A stretch of 62,890 bases of DNA, filler included, from Vannella sp. (GCA_023345925.1; 8 parts of 8 records of this genome joined end to end with filler, not necessarily neighbours in it); one strand, 5' to 3'; shown: positions 46,901-58,923, counted from the first letter of the whole stretch. The notes: generated from the letters alone by a model not told the origin. Numbers and translations: made by a program.

Positions 46901-47676
46901 ACAAGCAAGTTTTCGCTTTCTTATTGCTAATGGAAAGAAACAACTAGCTTATGAAAGAGATGGGAGAGTGCCACCTTCAAGATATCCACAGTTACTTGAT
47001 TAAGCCATTCCAACGTATCACCAGATACCCTCTGCTTTTAAGGGAGCTATTGAAGCACACAAGCAAAAGCACACAAGACTACCAGCACCTGCTAGACTCA
47101 ATGACACGCATTGATGCCATTGTTAAAGAAGCGAACGAGGAAAAGAGAGTGATCGACAGCGTCATCAAAATGATCGAAATTCAAAAGGCCTTTGAGTGGC
47201 AAGGAGAAGTAGGGCACCTAGTATATCAGAAACAAGCTAACCATCTTTAGGAGGGGCAAATGAAGTTCTCAACCGATTGCAAGTTCTTGTTGGAAGCGGA
47301 TTTCAAAGAGTTTGAGTTGAAAACTCAAAAGCTTGTGAAGAAACATTTCTTTTTGTTCAACGACATGCTGGTGATCGCCAAAGAGGTTAGTAAGAAGTAC
47401 AAAAAGACTGCCATTGTACCGCTCGATAGCTGCATCATTTGGGACATAAAGGCAGGAGCGGCTGAGCTTCGTAAGTAACCACTGTAATGGACGCTCTTCT
47501 CACTCAAGTTAGCTAAAACGGTCAAATACGCATTCAGTATCGTTCGCACAGACAAAACAGTCGAACCCATGAGCGGCAAACTAATCATGTGCTCCAAAAC
47601 TGCGCTTGACAAAGAGCTCTGGTTGAATGCCATCAATTCTGCCATTGCAGCCTACATGACACCCGACTCTAAGTAA
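43987..47676 (+). CDS. Kelch-repeat + proline-rich + RhoGEF (DH-PH) protein, multi-exon, 5'-truncated
   Basis: Kelch repeats (YIYGG, LFGG, PRFGHS, ARSGHSA); Pro-rich linker; DH motifs NELVSTEESYLRDL and SYLIKPFQRITRYPLLLRELLKHT; PH motifs FFLFNDMLV and WLNAI. Confidence 0.8.
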
Positions 47677-48207
47677 ACCAAAGCCACCAGCCACCCAATT
47701 GAGCTATAAATGGACTTATTGAATAACGTTCTCTGAAAATGCCGATTGTTCAAGGAATCTGTGGAGATCCTGCCCCTTTCCCAAGGAACAACGAACTCGC
47801 TTTCCATCTTTTTCCTGGCAGCTCCCTTCAATGGCAACGTTGAGTGTACCTCATAGCAAGGCGAGCCAACGAGAGGTGGTAAGAGCAACCCGTACGAAGA
47901 ACTCGCGCTAACGACCGTTAACAGCTCTTTGCTATTTACATCAAGGAGGGCGATCACTTTTGGTGCGAGGAAACCACGTACACTGTGTTGTATCATCTTG
48001 GGTCGGAGGTAAGGAGCTAATAGGACGTGGTGGACCCTCTCTAACCTCTAACAGGCAACCAGAATAGCGACTCCTCCTTACCCAGAGGAGTTCCCGGCCA
48101 ACATCGCTCTGACTTCAAGACGAAACCTTTCCAAAGGTGGAGAACCAACCAGAGCAGCTCTTGATAAGTGGTTCAGCGCTGTTGGGATCGCCTTTCCCCA
48201 CACTTTA

Positions 48208-50499
48208 GTGGAATGGAAGACTCTCCTTCAGCTCGCAACGCGCATGGCTCCCAAACCGGCTAAGCTAAGCTCTCTGGGTGACTTTCTCACTCCAGAGACT
48301 GGCTATCGCTCTCGATCTCTTCGCCGACCTTCGAACGACCCAGACACGGAGTCCCCTTCCTCCCCCATCCCAGCTGGGAGACGTGGAAGCGTCAGCAACT
48401 TCCTCCTCAAACGGAAGAAGACTCCCCCTCTTGTTGACGTTGAGGGTCAGGAAGAACTCGACTTCACGATGAGACTTTGCGCGGGGGCCGTTGTCAGCGA
48501 CGAGCCCAAACTCTCAAGGAAGCAGGAAACAGAAGAACGGAAGATCGTCTCATTGCCACGAACACACTCCTCTGGATTGGGAGGACTCTACTCTCCTCAA
48601 ACCCAACGAACGGGCAGCAAGAGCCGCGGTTCCGAGGTTTCTGTGACAGGAAAGCGGCCGGTGATGGGCAAGCCGCAGGTGATAGGAGAGCGGCTAACGC
48701 CAATGCAATTGATGGAAACGTTCGTGAAGAACTTGGCCTCTCCCATGAGCAGCAAACACATCGCGGGGAGCATCCTTGAGAACCTTTTGGAGTACATGGG
48801 AGCAACACACCTTTATTTCATTCGCCGTGTTGCTCAAGGAGAGTACGTTCTTGATGCCTCCATGATACCAGGGAAGGTTTGGTCCTTGCTGGAGGGAACA
48901 AAGATCAACAGAATCCAAATGTTCCCTCTGGAACCGTTCCACACCAGCCGACGGCAAAGACGCCTCGTTTACATCGCTTCTTCTGATGAGTTGGCCGCTA
49001 GGCCTGCCAAAGAGGAAGAGAGATGGACAAACACCAAACGGCCCATCGAGTCCATTCTTGTGTTGCCCGTAATCATTCAAAACAACCTTTCAGCGGCACT
49101 CTACTTCTCGCACTATGAGAAAGCGAACGCCTTTGACCAGTTTGATGAAACAGTGTTGTCCACTATCGCTTTAGGACTCACGAACTTCCTCAACACGAAC
49201 GCTTTTAGGCGAATGATGAAGGACAAGACTTCCAAAGTTCAATTGCCCAGCACACAATCCCTGCGGGACGTCAAACTCCAAGACACTATTTTGGTGTACG
49301 AAGACAACAAGTGGGTCGGTCAGTACGGCGTTCTTGCAGATGGCATGCTCCATGTATTCTCGTCTGCTTGGGATACTCATCCCAAGCAACGAATAGGACT
49401 CTCAGCGGTCCGGAAAGTGATTGTATCTGGCTCGTCTGAAGCTCATGATGAGCTTATTGTCCCTCCTCTACTCTCTGGGAAAGCGACAAAGTCTCATTCT
49501 CTCTTGTATTTGAGAATGAGACTCAAATCAGCCTCCCTGTGGTTGGCTTTAGAGTCATTAGTGGCTGCTCAGAAGTGGCAAGAAGTCATCTCTGAAATGC
49601 AGGAGATCCTTGACAACCCAGACGAGTTGCTCTTGAAGATTCCGGCAAACATTCGCATCAATGTGAGCGACGTTACGCGTGGGAAGATCATTGGGAGAGG
49701 TGCAGCAGCAACAGTTTATGCAGGGCAGTGGAACCAAACTCCCGTGGCTATCAAACAGCTTCTTGACCAATTCAATTCGGATGAAGAGAAAGCCTTCTTC
49801 CAAGAAATGAACATTCTCCAGTCCATCCGACATCCCAACATCGTTCAACTCTTTGGAGGATACATCAGCGATGAAGGACGCGCTTCCATTGTCTTCGAAT
49901 TAGCCTCTCGCGGCTCTTTAGAGACAGCTCTGTATGATCGCCTGTCACCACTCGACTTCCCACAGAAAGTCCAGATCCTCCGACAAGCCAGTAAAGCGCT
50001 GGAGTATCTCCACGGGCAGAATCCTCCTATTATTCACCGCGATCTTAAGCCTGGCAACATCCTTGTAAGCTCTCTCTCTTCCATAGCTTGGCAAAGTCTC
50101 ACCATCGGGTAGATGATGGATGATTTTACCGCCAAGCTCGCTGATTTTGGCCTCGCTAGAAAGCTAGCGCATTCCATGACGGCCTTCCAAGGCACAGTCC
50201 GATGGATGGCCCCTGAGATTCTGTCCAATGGTCGCTATTCGACCAAGGCAGACATCTACAGTTTCGGGTTGATTGCGTGGGAGGTGTTTGAGCAGAAAAC
50301 CTTCTTCCAAGAGTTCCCTTTCGATTCAATGATTGAAATCGAAGTCGTTTCCAAAGGTACTCGGCCTCCTTTTACAGAAGCCACACCTTCACAAGCAGCG
50401 GCCATCATCGTCCAATGTTGGGACGCTGATCCGTCCAAACGCCCCACCGCCGCCGAGCTCGTGACCCTTCTTTCCAATTTGCCAGATTCTACGGACTGA
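48208..50499 (+). CDS. GAF-PH-TKL protein kinase
   Basis: GAF (SILVLPVIIQNNLSAALYF...AF), PH-like (KWVGQYGVL...LHVF...WQEVI), kinase GRGAAATVY, VAIK, HRDLKPGN, DFG, GTVRWMAPE; intron 50065-50112. True start may be further upstream. Confidence 0.8.
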
Positions 50500-50938
50500 G
50501 CAACTTGTAATGAAACCAGTTTTGTTTGTTACACCTTTGCTGGAAGTCAGAGAACCCCAATGTAGAGATTCTTCCTCCTGGAGAGCCATTTGGAACGGGC
50601 TCCAGTCAAAGGGGACATCTGATAGAACTCAGGGTTCTCCTGTAGATAGAGCCCTCTCCTTGTTGTGAACAAGGAATGTCCTGTTCCACCAGATGATGCT
50701 AAGCTTGATGACTTCAAGTCTGAGATGACTCGTCAGCACTCACTTACTCCTCATCAAGGCGGGATTCAAAGCAACCTGGTGTTCTCCATGTTCCGATTAA
50801 CGTTCAAAGTAAAAAGCTCCTTTCAAGAGACTCGGGTCTGATTCTTCTTGACCAGACATATTTCCCACTTTGGGTTCAAGATCAAAGGGTCTAGCCTAGC
50901 TCAACACAGAGAACCCATTGATAAGGAATAACTGGTGG

Positions 50939-50980
50939 CAATGACCTGATGCCTCGTCACGCAGAGGCATCAAGTCATTG
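50939..50980. promoter_or_regulatory. 17-bp-stem hairpin upstream of the methyltransferase
   Basis: CAATGACCTGATGCCTC-GTCACGCA-GAGGCATCAAGTCATTG, one mismatch. Confidence 0.55.
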
Positions 50981-51062
50981 GTGACTGACATCTCCCTCGT
51001 CGCTATTCCGTGACAGGTATCGTCCATTACTGGCCTTTTTTGTTGTTCCCCAGCTCATCAGG

Positions 51063-51669
51063 ATGATCAAGTTGCATGTTGGCTGTGGTAAGCGTTATCT
51101 ACCAGGTTGGACTCACGTGGACGTGCTCCCCTTCGATCACATCGACCACCAAGCGACCATTGACAACCTTTTCATGTTCGAAGAGGGCTCAGTAGACGAA
51201 ATCTATGCTTGCCACGTGCTCGAGCACGTTGGCCGCCGAGAGGTTCTGAAGGTACTGGCGGAATTCTCCCGCGTTCTTCGAGTTGGCGGTGTCCTGCGAC
51301 TGGCTGTTCCTGATTTTGAGTCCCTTGTAGAGCACTACGTCGCCAACAAGCAATCACTCAGCCACTTGATGGGCTTCCTCGTCGGAGGACAAACCGACCA
51401 ATACGATCATCACTGCATGGAGTTCGATTTGTTCTTCCTCACAGAGCTCCTTCGGTGCTCAGGCTTTGACTCCGTCGAAAGGTATGATTGGAAAGCTTTC
51501 TTTCCTCCTGGCTTTGATGACTTCAGCGCGAGTTACCTTCCACACATGCTTTGAAAACGGCCGATTGATGTCCTTGAACGTCACCGCGACGAAGAGAACC
51601 GCTCCACTCTCAGAAGCACTTCCTGCCGAAATCATCCTTGCTACCGCCTCGAACAGAGCCAGAGCCTAA
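51063..51669 (+). CDS. Class I SAM-dependent methyltransferase (bacterial/giant-virus type), interrupted by a +1 frame change at 51549-51554
   Basis: KLHVGCG, VDEIYACHVLEH, RVLRVGGVLRLAVPDF, DDFSASYLPHM; the conserved tail ENGRLMSLNV.A.K lies in the +1 frame after CTT TGA. Confidence 0.8.
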
Positions 51670-52081
51670 GTGAACACATAGCAAGAGTAAACGTCTTCGA
51701 GACAGACGGATGAAGGAAGGCCTGTTGGGGCAGGGGAACCAACTAAGCTGCTCCTGGGGACACACAATAGGCCCAGGTTGATGAAAGGTGGGAACTCTTG
51801 CGCAAGAGGTAGAAACGGAATTCGCTCCTCCTCGAATACGATCCAGAAAGCCGCTCCCAGTTCCCCGTTGTTCCCTCGAGAGAACATACCTGGTCTGTTC
51901 TCTCAAACCCTACCCAACAGTAGGGCCACAGTAGACTGCAACCTCCTCACACAAGACAAGCTTCCCTCCGCTCTTCTGGTCATGATAAAGTGAATTTGAA
52001 CATAAAAATGTGTTCAAAGGATAAATGATAAAATTATGACAGAAGAAATCAAGGGAAAGGAGCATTTATCTGGAGGCTGCC

Positions 52082-53006
52082 ATGGAGAACCTGCCGCTGA
52101 AGGTGGAGGCATCAGGAGTTGTGAAACAGGAGAAGGTGGAAGCATCAGGGGTGGTTCAGACCTCATCAGCGGGAGGGGCCCGGGGATCTACGCCTGCGCG
52201 TGGGCGCTTGTCATCTTTGAGAGGGGGAAAGCCAACGTTTGCTCCCAAGATCCCTTCCGCTGGTGTAGCACCTCCCCCCATGGCGGTTGTAAAGAAGGAG
52301 AGGGACTACAAGAAGAGGGATCAAGATAGGGGTGCTCGTGGGGCACGAGGGCGAGGAAGAGGAGCTCGGGACCGAGGTTCAGCTCCCATCCCTGCAGCAG
52401 TTGTCCTCAAGCGGGGACCTGATGCAGGGGTAGCTGCACCTCCCGTCGTAATGAGTATGTAGCTTCCTTTCACCTCTATCCTTTGACCTAACGCTCCTCC
52501 AGAGAAGACGAACGATCGATTCGTAGGAATCTCCCTCTTTGCCTTTGCCCTTCTCCCTGACCGTCGCGCAGGATGAGTCAGGAGATCCAGGGACGTACCC
52601 CGTCTCTGTCCCTCTACTACAACCGGAAGGCTTCCAGCGTGAGGACGCAAGCTTCGGCGCTTTCCTCACCAAGGCCGACGCGGTAAGCCCCTTCATGGCT
52701 CCCTCCTTAAGGGTCTGACTCGCTCAGGACACAATGATGTTCATGCAACTACCTGCTGCGCTCCCCATGATCGGGGAGGACGACCAGGCAATCAAGGTCG
52801 GTGATCTACCGAGCGGGTACATTGGAAAGATGCTTGTCTACCGCAGCGGCAAGGTCCAGATGAAGATCGGAGATATCTTGTTCGATGTATCAATTGGAAC
52901 TCCTTCGTCATGCCTGCAACAAGTGGCGTGCATCTCTCCTGAGGACCGCAAAGCTTACATCCTCGGGACGATCAAAGAGCGAACGATTGTCACTCCCAAC
53001 ATCGAA
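52082..53006 (+). CDS. RPC4: RNA polymerase III subunit RPC4 (POLR3D/RPC53), 3'-truncated
   Basis: FAPKIP N-terminal motif, YPVSVP, FMQLPAALP, GYIGKMLVYRSGKVQMKIGDILFDVSIG. Confidence 0.9.
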
Positions 53007-53106
53007 NNNNNNNNNNNNNNNNNNNNNNNNNNNNNNNNNNNNNNNNNNNNTTAATTAATTAANNNNNNNNNNNNNNNNNNNNNNNNNNNNNNNNNNNNNN
53101 NNNNNN
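53007..53106. other. Artificial contig linker
   Basis: N44-TTAATTAATTAA-N44. Confidence 0.97.
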
Positions 53107-54400
53107 AGGATCTGAAGCTGTAAATAGGCCCATCCATAGAGCTGAGGGGAAATGGGAGATGCTTTCAGAAGACCCTTCTGGGCCCGCACACCCTCTGCTT
53201 GGTACTCTAGCTGTGGATTAAGATGGGGCATCAATAACTCTTGAGCAGTGATGCCCAGGAGGCAATGAGCTGCTGCCAAGTTAAAGTTGTCTTTGTAGAT
53301 CGCAGCAGACTCCCGGAGATAGAAGAGGAACTTCCGACGGTACCCCATCTGGCGATAAGTAAGGCCAATAGAGTTGAAGAGATGAACGCGCGAGAGCGCA
53401 GGGAGAGATTCCCCGAGAGCGTATGCCTCCGTGAGCTTCTCGTTTGCCATTTGTGTGTTCCCTGCTGAAATATAGAAGCGCGTAAGCTTCATTATGACCT
53501 CCACTTGAAGCTCAGCGCACTTCTTGCGCCCGTAGAGCTGGACCGCTTCCTCACATCTCTCGATGATGAGCCGGTCGTGGCGCTCTTGAGCAGTCTCTCC
53601 ACTTCCCTCCACGGGATAGAAGTCATAGTCCCTCGTACATATCATCAATGCTGATGCGTATCCCTCACAAGCGGCTGCTTGCCACTCAAGATCTCCCTGA
53701 GATCTGCAACTCTCCATCGCCGCTGCATAACTGCCTCAAACGGTAAGATAGTATCATAAAAACGCCTAACCGGTACGCACTATGACATGGCATCTCTGGG
53801 AGATCCTGCAAGAAGGCAATAGTCGCCCTTTGTCTTGGATTCGACCAATCTTCTTCTTTTTGAAGCGTGTTACCTCATCCATCGTGTTGAAGGGGTCAAA
53901 TGTAGTATATAGGAAAGTGGCCTATCCATCATGAGATCAAAGCTGCACCGAGGGCACCCTACCTTATCAACAGCTTTGTAGAGGACCTCGAGTCGGTCTA
54001 ACAGGTTCTTTGTGAAGTCGATAAGCAGCGTGCTCAAATAGAGAGCTAGCTTTCCATCGTTTGGTATCATACACTACAATGCCATGGTCTAGATCGTGCT
54101 GATGCTCCATGGGGGAGAAGGCGAGGCAGATGCCGCATGTGTTGGGTGTGCGGCTGAGAAGAGAGGCAAACTCGCGTTCCACTCCACTCAAGTCTTCCCA
54201 GTTGGGACAATGGACAATACCGACCACTCCAAGCGCCTTCTTGTGGGCGTGCAACTCCTCACACGTGTTGCTCTCGTGGTCCCTGTCCACAAAGTTCAAG
54301 CGGATGCGCCCTTCTCGCTCCTGCTGTGGAAAGTGTGTGCCTGGGAGGTTGTTGAGAAGTTGTTGAGGTTTGGAAGGCCGAGGAGCTTGGATTTTCTCAT
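53107..54400 (-). CDS. TRAPPC9: TRAPP II subunit TRAPPC9/Trs120, N-terminal part
   Basis: ELHAHKKALGVVGIVHC, GRIQKTKGDYCLLAGSPRDA, DLEWQAAACEG, YRQMGYRRK, GWAYLQ. Start uncertain; 3' truncated. Confidence 0.85.
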
Positions 54401-54539
54401 ACCATTAAAAGGTCGAATTTGAAAGAACTCGCTCTGGTGAAGTTGTTTTCACTGTCACTTTCTCGATGATTCCCATCGAAACATTCGCCATCATATTCAT
54501 CATCAGAATGCGTTCCAATCTGCCAATCATCAACCGAGG

Positions 54540-55823
54540 ATGATGCTCGCGTTGGTGCTGTTGTTCGTATCCAGCGGCCTAGCAACTACAAACTGTGGCG
54601 CGATACCCATTAATGGGTTCCAGAGATCTCCTGTGAGTGTGTATGGATCTCTGGCAGGAGTCAGTAACAACACGGTGTCGACTTGCAATCTCCCCTCATC
54701 AACTCTGTGGTACTCCGTCGCCAGCGACCGAGAACAAGTGATGACTGTAACTACCTGCGACCCTAGAACAACCTCCTCGACGTCTATCGCTCTGTTAACC
54801 AGTCCCAACAGCAACTGCAACACAACGACCTGCTCTGCCAAGAGCTCCTTGGACTCTTCTTGTTCCTTTACCAACGTGCCAGCACAGTCTCTTTCTTGGT
54901 CCGCGACATCGCGAGTGTACTATCTGGCTGTGAGTACTGTTGGAAACGCTCCTGGTGAGTCCCTCCCTCTCCGGTTTTCGTCTTGTTGACACGTTGCAGG
55001 GGGGAACTTCGCTTTGACTGTGTCTGTGGCCACCCTTGCTGCATGCACTTACCCAATCGACGTACCACCACCGTACAGTCCGTCTGTACAAGTGACGGGA
55101 GCTTGGCAAAGCGGCAGATCGTTCCCTTTCATTGGCAACTCGTGTGGGGCTTCATTCACCAACACTGGTGTCTGGTACACGATATGCCCAAGGAGTGGTA
55201 GCCCCACTGTCGTGACTGCGACCTCAAACCTCATCACCCAAGTCCAAGTGTTCGCAGGTACTTGCTCCGCCTTGACCTGCGTGGTTGGAGCCATTGGCAC
55301 GTCTTCTGTTCCTTCTGCCTCTGTCAGTTTCATTCCCACTAATCCTTGCTACCATGTGACGGTGGGAACCGCTGTTCCATCCGCAGGAGGCAGCTTCGGC
55401 TTGAATGTGTCTCAAATCATCCCCAATGTGGGATGCGAGGTAGCTGTTGGGCCTGTTTATGTGGATAGCACCTTCCGCCGCCTTTCTGGATCGACTTTGA
55501 ACGCGCCAGAACTCGAAGATGATGTTTGCCAAGCCCATGGTCACGCTCTTTGGTACTATTTCATCTCTCAAGAGTCTGGCAACCTCCAAATCAGCACTTG
55601 TAACGAAGAACAGGGCTTTGACACAGTTTTGAGCCTTTACAATGGCGACTCTTGCAACAGCCTGACTTGCAATAGCCAGAATGATGATTCAAACTGTCCC
55701 ATTAACACTCATTACAGTGAGATTGTCGCTCCCATCAGTGCCAATAAGCCCTACTTTGTCTCTGTTTCTTCGCACAACATCAACGAGGTTGGCTCCTTCG
55801 TTCTCTCCTATCAGATGGTCTAA
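54540..55823 (+). CDS. Secreted Cys/Thr/Ser-rich protein with three repeated beta-sandwich-like modules
   Basis: Signal peptide; repeats LWYSV...VTTC, GVWYTI...VFAGTCSALTCV, LWYYF...ISTC...FDTVLSLYNG.SC..LTC...NDD; intron near 54955-54999. Confidence 0.75.
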
Positions 55824-56061
55824 ACGACCCACTAAACCCTAAACCCCGTTCATCGATTAGAGAACATGGCGGTCCTTCCTCTCTGTCCCTTCTATTTGTC
55901 ACTAGGACATTCATCCAAACTGTCCCGCTCTCACCTTTCAAACGTCCTGAAGTCGGATACCTTGGGAAGACCACTTTTGGAGCATTTCCTCCCTTCCCTC
56001 CTTGTTTGCGGTGATGTGGCGAGTGTTCTCTCGTTCTGTAGGAAGTTAGCTCCATAGCTCT

Positions 56062-56613
56062 TTGGTGGATGCTGGGGGACCAGCTATAAAGGTGATTAAG
56101 TACGCAAAGTCCGTGAGTGTGACGCATTGGAGCATGGCTGCTTTGTTTGGTGGAGTTGTTGGGACTGTGAAGGCAGCTCAGTGGACCAACGATGAGGCTA
56201 AGAAGGCCAGGTACATGCACATCCACAAGAGCTTGGCCCTTCTTGTTGTTGCCGTCCTACCCATTCGAATTGGCCTCCGTCTGACCACGCGCCTCCCTGG
56301 CGCGCTCCCAGGAGCCCATAAGATAGAACTACTCGCTGGAAAGCTTGGGCACTACGCACTGTACGGCACCATGGTCGCTCTTCCCACTACCGGTGTAACA
56401 ATGGGCTACTTTGGCGGTAAAGGCCTTCCTTTCTTCGCGTTCCACATTCCTGGAGCGTCCCAGCCCCTTCCAGAAGTCGCCAAAGCAGCGTTCAAAGCGC
56501 ACAAGACACTGGGACAAGCCTTCACGTATCTGATCCCCCTCCACATCGCCGGGGCCAGTTGGCATGTCCTCCGAGGGCATCCTGTCTTCCAGCGTATGAA
56601 CCCGTTCGTTTAA
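56062..56613 (+). CDS. Bacterial-type di-heme cytochrome b561 (CybB/superoxide oxidase-like)
   Basis: HWSMA, MHIHKSLAL, GHYALY..MVALPTTG, HKTLG...PLHIAGA give the heme-ligand His pattern over 4 TM. Start codon uncertain. Confidence 0.8.
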   Translation: MVDAGGPAIKVIKYAKSVSVTHWSMAALFGGVVGTVKAAQWTNDEAKKARYMHIHKSLALLVVAVLPIRIGLRLTTRLPGALPGAHKIELLAGKLGHYALYGTMVALPTTGVTMGYFGGKGLPFFAFHIPGASQPLPEVAKAAFKAHKTLGQAFTYLIPLHIAGASWHVLRGHPVFQRMNPFV

Positions 56614-56646
56614 ACCTGTTTCCATTATCTTGCGCGCCCCTGCGGC

Positions 56647-58509
56647 ATGCCAGCTTCTCCTGGGGAGAGTTTGCGTGCGGCAATCGCGGAAGGGGACTTA
56701 GAGGCCCTGCGCTTGATCTTGACGGAAGAGAAGGTGAACGTTAATGAAGTGTGGAAGCAGGTACGTGTAGGAGGCTTGTGGTTGGGCAGGGTGTTGGAGG
56801 CGGGATGAGCGGAGTTTGATTTGTCTGTTTGGTGGTTTAGGCTTCAGGAGAAGAGACCACAGCTTTGCATATGGCTTGTGCGTCAGTAAATGAGGACCTT
56901 GCTTCAGTTCTGATCTCCTGCGCTCCTCTCTTGGCGGTGAACAACCGAATGGTACGAGTCTCCCTCACATATCGGACCATTCTCACGACGCTCGGGAGCA
57001 GAGACCTCACATGGTACGTTCTATTGATCTTCTCTATCTATTTAGATCCATCACCAACTGATCTGTTGGCAAAGTATGGACCTTTGCATGTTGCAGCCCT
57101 TCATCGGAACAAAGGAGCTCTTTTAGCTCTCTTCAACCACTCTGCGATCAAAGCAAACCTCGCTGACAGGCTAGGGGTTAGTATGTACCTTGCATAGTCT
57201 CTTGTAAGCTAACCAGCTCGGAGTAGAATACCGCCTTGCATCTCTTGTGTGAGGCGGGCTGTAGAGAGCTTGTAGGGGACGTATTAAGTACACCTGCTAA
57301 CATAGATCTTACCTACAAGGTGAGTGATTCGTCAACGACGGGGATATGGGTCCTCACACAAAGGGGTTCTCAGAATCAGAGAAACGTACGTCCAGAAAAC
57401 ATTTCATCGCCTTGAACTGCTACTCAGTTGATTCTCACTAGGTATCTCCTCTAAAACTAGCTTGTAGAACTGGTGATGAGCTTCTGGTCCAAAAACTTGG
57501 CGGTCATCGTTCATTGACAGATTTCAGCGTTTGTTGCTCCCTTCTGCAAGATGATGATGTACTGATTGACGGGTGATCCTTTGAATAGATTGCTGAAGAG
57601 TTAATCGAGTCCCTCAAGTATCCCAAAGTGATGCAGACTCTCTTGCTTTTTCCGAACGTGATTATCTCAAAGAAGCATTTAGTGAGCTCTCCCTGAGCCC
57701 CTCCTTTTAAAATCTGACAGTTAGATTAGATTACAATCAAAGCAAGCCTGGGACGTGAGTGGGAGACCCAACAACACCGAAGAGAAGCTATTTTACACCT
57801 CATTACTCAAGGTTCTATGCAGTTTAAAGTGGACATGGAGAAACTCTCTCCCACTCCTCTCATCTACAAAGAAGCGAAAAAGCTTCATGCTCGAATCTTG
57901 GAGTTGGACCAAGCCGGTGTTAAGGGAGAAGAGTTGGTCCAACTCTGGGAGTTCGACCAACTCGGTGAACAAGAAGAAGTGTTGACCCAGCTCCCTCCAA
58001 ACTTACTTGAAGACGTAGACATTGCTTCAAGTAGTGATGAAGAAAATTCGGATTACACAGAAAGGCTCATAGATAACATGGGAATTCCTGATTCTGATAA
58101 GCATGGCTCTGAACCAGAAATTGAACCCTCAATCTTACCCGAAGATTTTGGCACTCCCTTAACGAGCAACAACGAAGAGTTTGAGGATACAAAAAGGCTC
58201 ATTAGAAACCTTATGCCGCATCTTGAACCGAACGACTCTGAATCAGAAGAACTCTTGAACCCTCTCTTCTCAGAAGCATCCAAAAAGATTCCAGCACAAG
58301 TTTTTGCTTCTTCAAATTACAAAGAACTTCAAGAACCATTCAGACTCACTCACTTTAGTGACAAACAAATCACCAAGATTGTTTCAAGGACTCCAGAGGA
58401 CCTCCGGCCAGCAATGCATTTACTTTTAGGCGGAGGTGCTTTTGAAAATGAATTGCGCCATACAAAGCGAAAAGGAGAGGCACTCAATCTGTGTCTCGAA
58501 GTGGCGGCC
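56647..58509 (+). CDS. Ankyrin-repeat protein, many short exons, 3'-truncated
   Basis: EETTALHMAC, YGPLHVAALH, NTALHLLC, SPLKLAC ankyrin motifs, followed by an acidic region. Confidence 0.75.
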
Positions 58510-58609
58510 NNNNNNNNNNNNNNNNNNNNNNNNNNNNNNNNNNNNNNNNNNNNTTAATTAATTAANNNNNNNNNNNNNNNNNNNNNNNNNNNNNNNNNNN
58601 NNNNNNNNN
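58510..58609. other. Artificial contig linker
   Basis: N44-TTAATTAATTAA-N44. Confidence 0.97.
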
Positions 58610-58890
58610 CCTTCGACAACTTCCGCGAAGAAGTCAGCCGAGAAGGTCGAATGGATGCCGAACGCGAAGCCATGTTCGAACACGTCTCGAAGTGATTCTC
58701 TTACTGTTAATATATTCCTTTTTCCTTCATTGGCACGGCTTGCTTGCCCTCAATCTCCTTTGTACATTCCCATCTGGAAGTGTGATTCTCCTTTCCCTTC
58801 ATCAACATCAGTTTGCGACAAAGGAAGCATCACCAAACGCTCATTTTGATTGAACCAAGAACCTGAACCCTTCCTTCTTCAGGCTGTCCG

Positions 58891-58923
58891 TTGCTGATTG
58901 GTTAAATTTTAGCCAATCAGCAA
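58891..58923. promoter_or_regulatory. Inverted pair of CCAAT boxes upstream of LCB2
   Basis: TTGCTGATTGG-TTAAATTTTAG-CCAATCAGCAA, about 90 nt before the ATG. Confidence 0.5.

Noticed and set aside
50540..50930. Possible small spliced minus-strand gene
   Set aside because: One plausible intron, but no consistent start or recognisable product.
50939..50980. SECIS element or selenocysteine readthrough of the methyltransferase TGA
   Set aside because: The hairpin is upstream rather than in the 3'UTR, lacks the SECIS GA quartet and AA loop, and homology continues in the +1 frame rather than in frame.
7835..58609. Seven identical TTAATTAATTAA motifs within N runs as a biological repeat or CRISPR-like array
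   Set aside because: Fixed 100-nt scaffolding linkers with six-frame stops; artificial.
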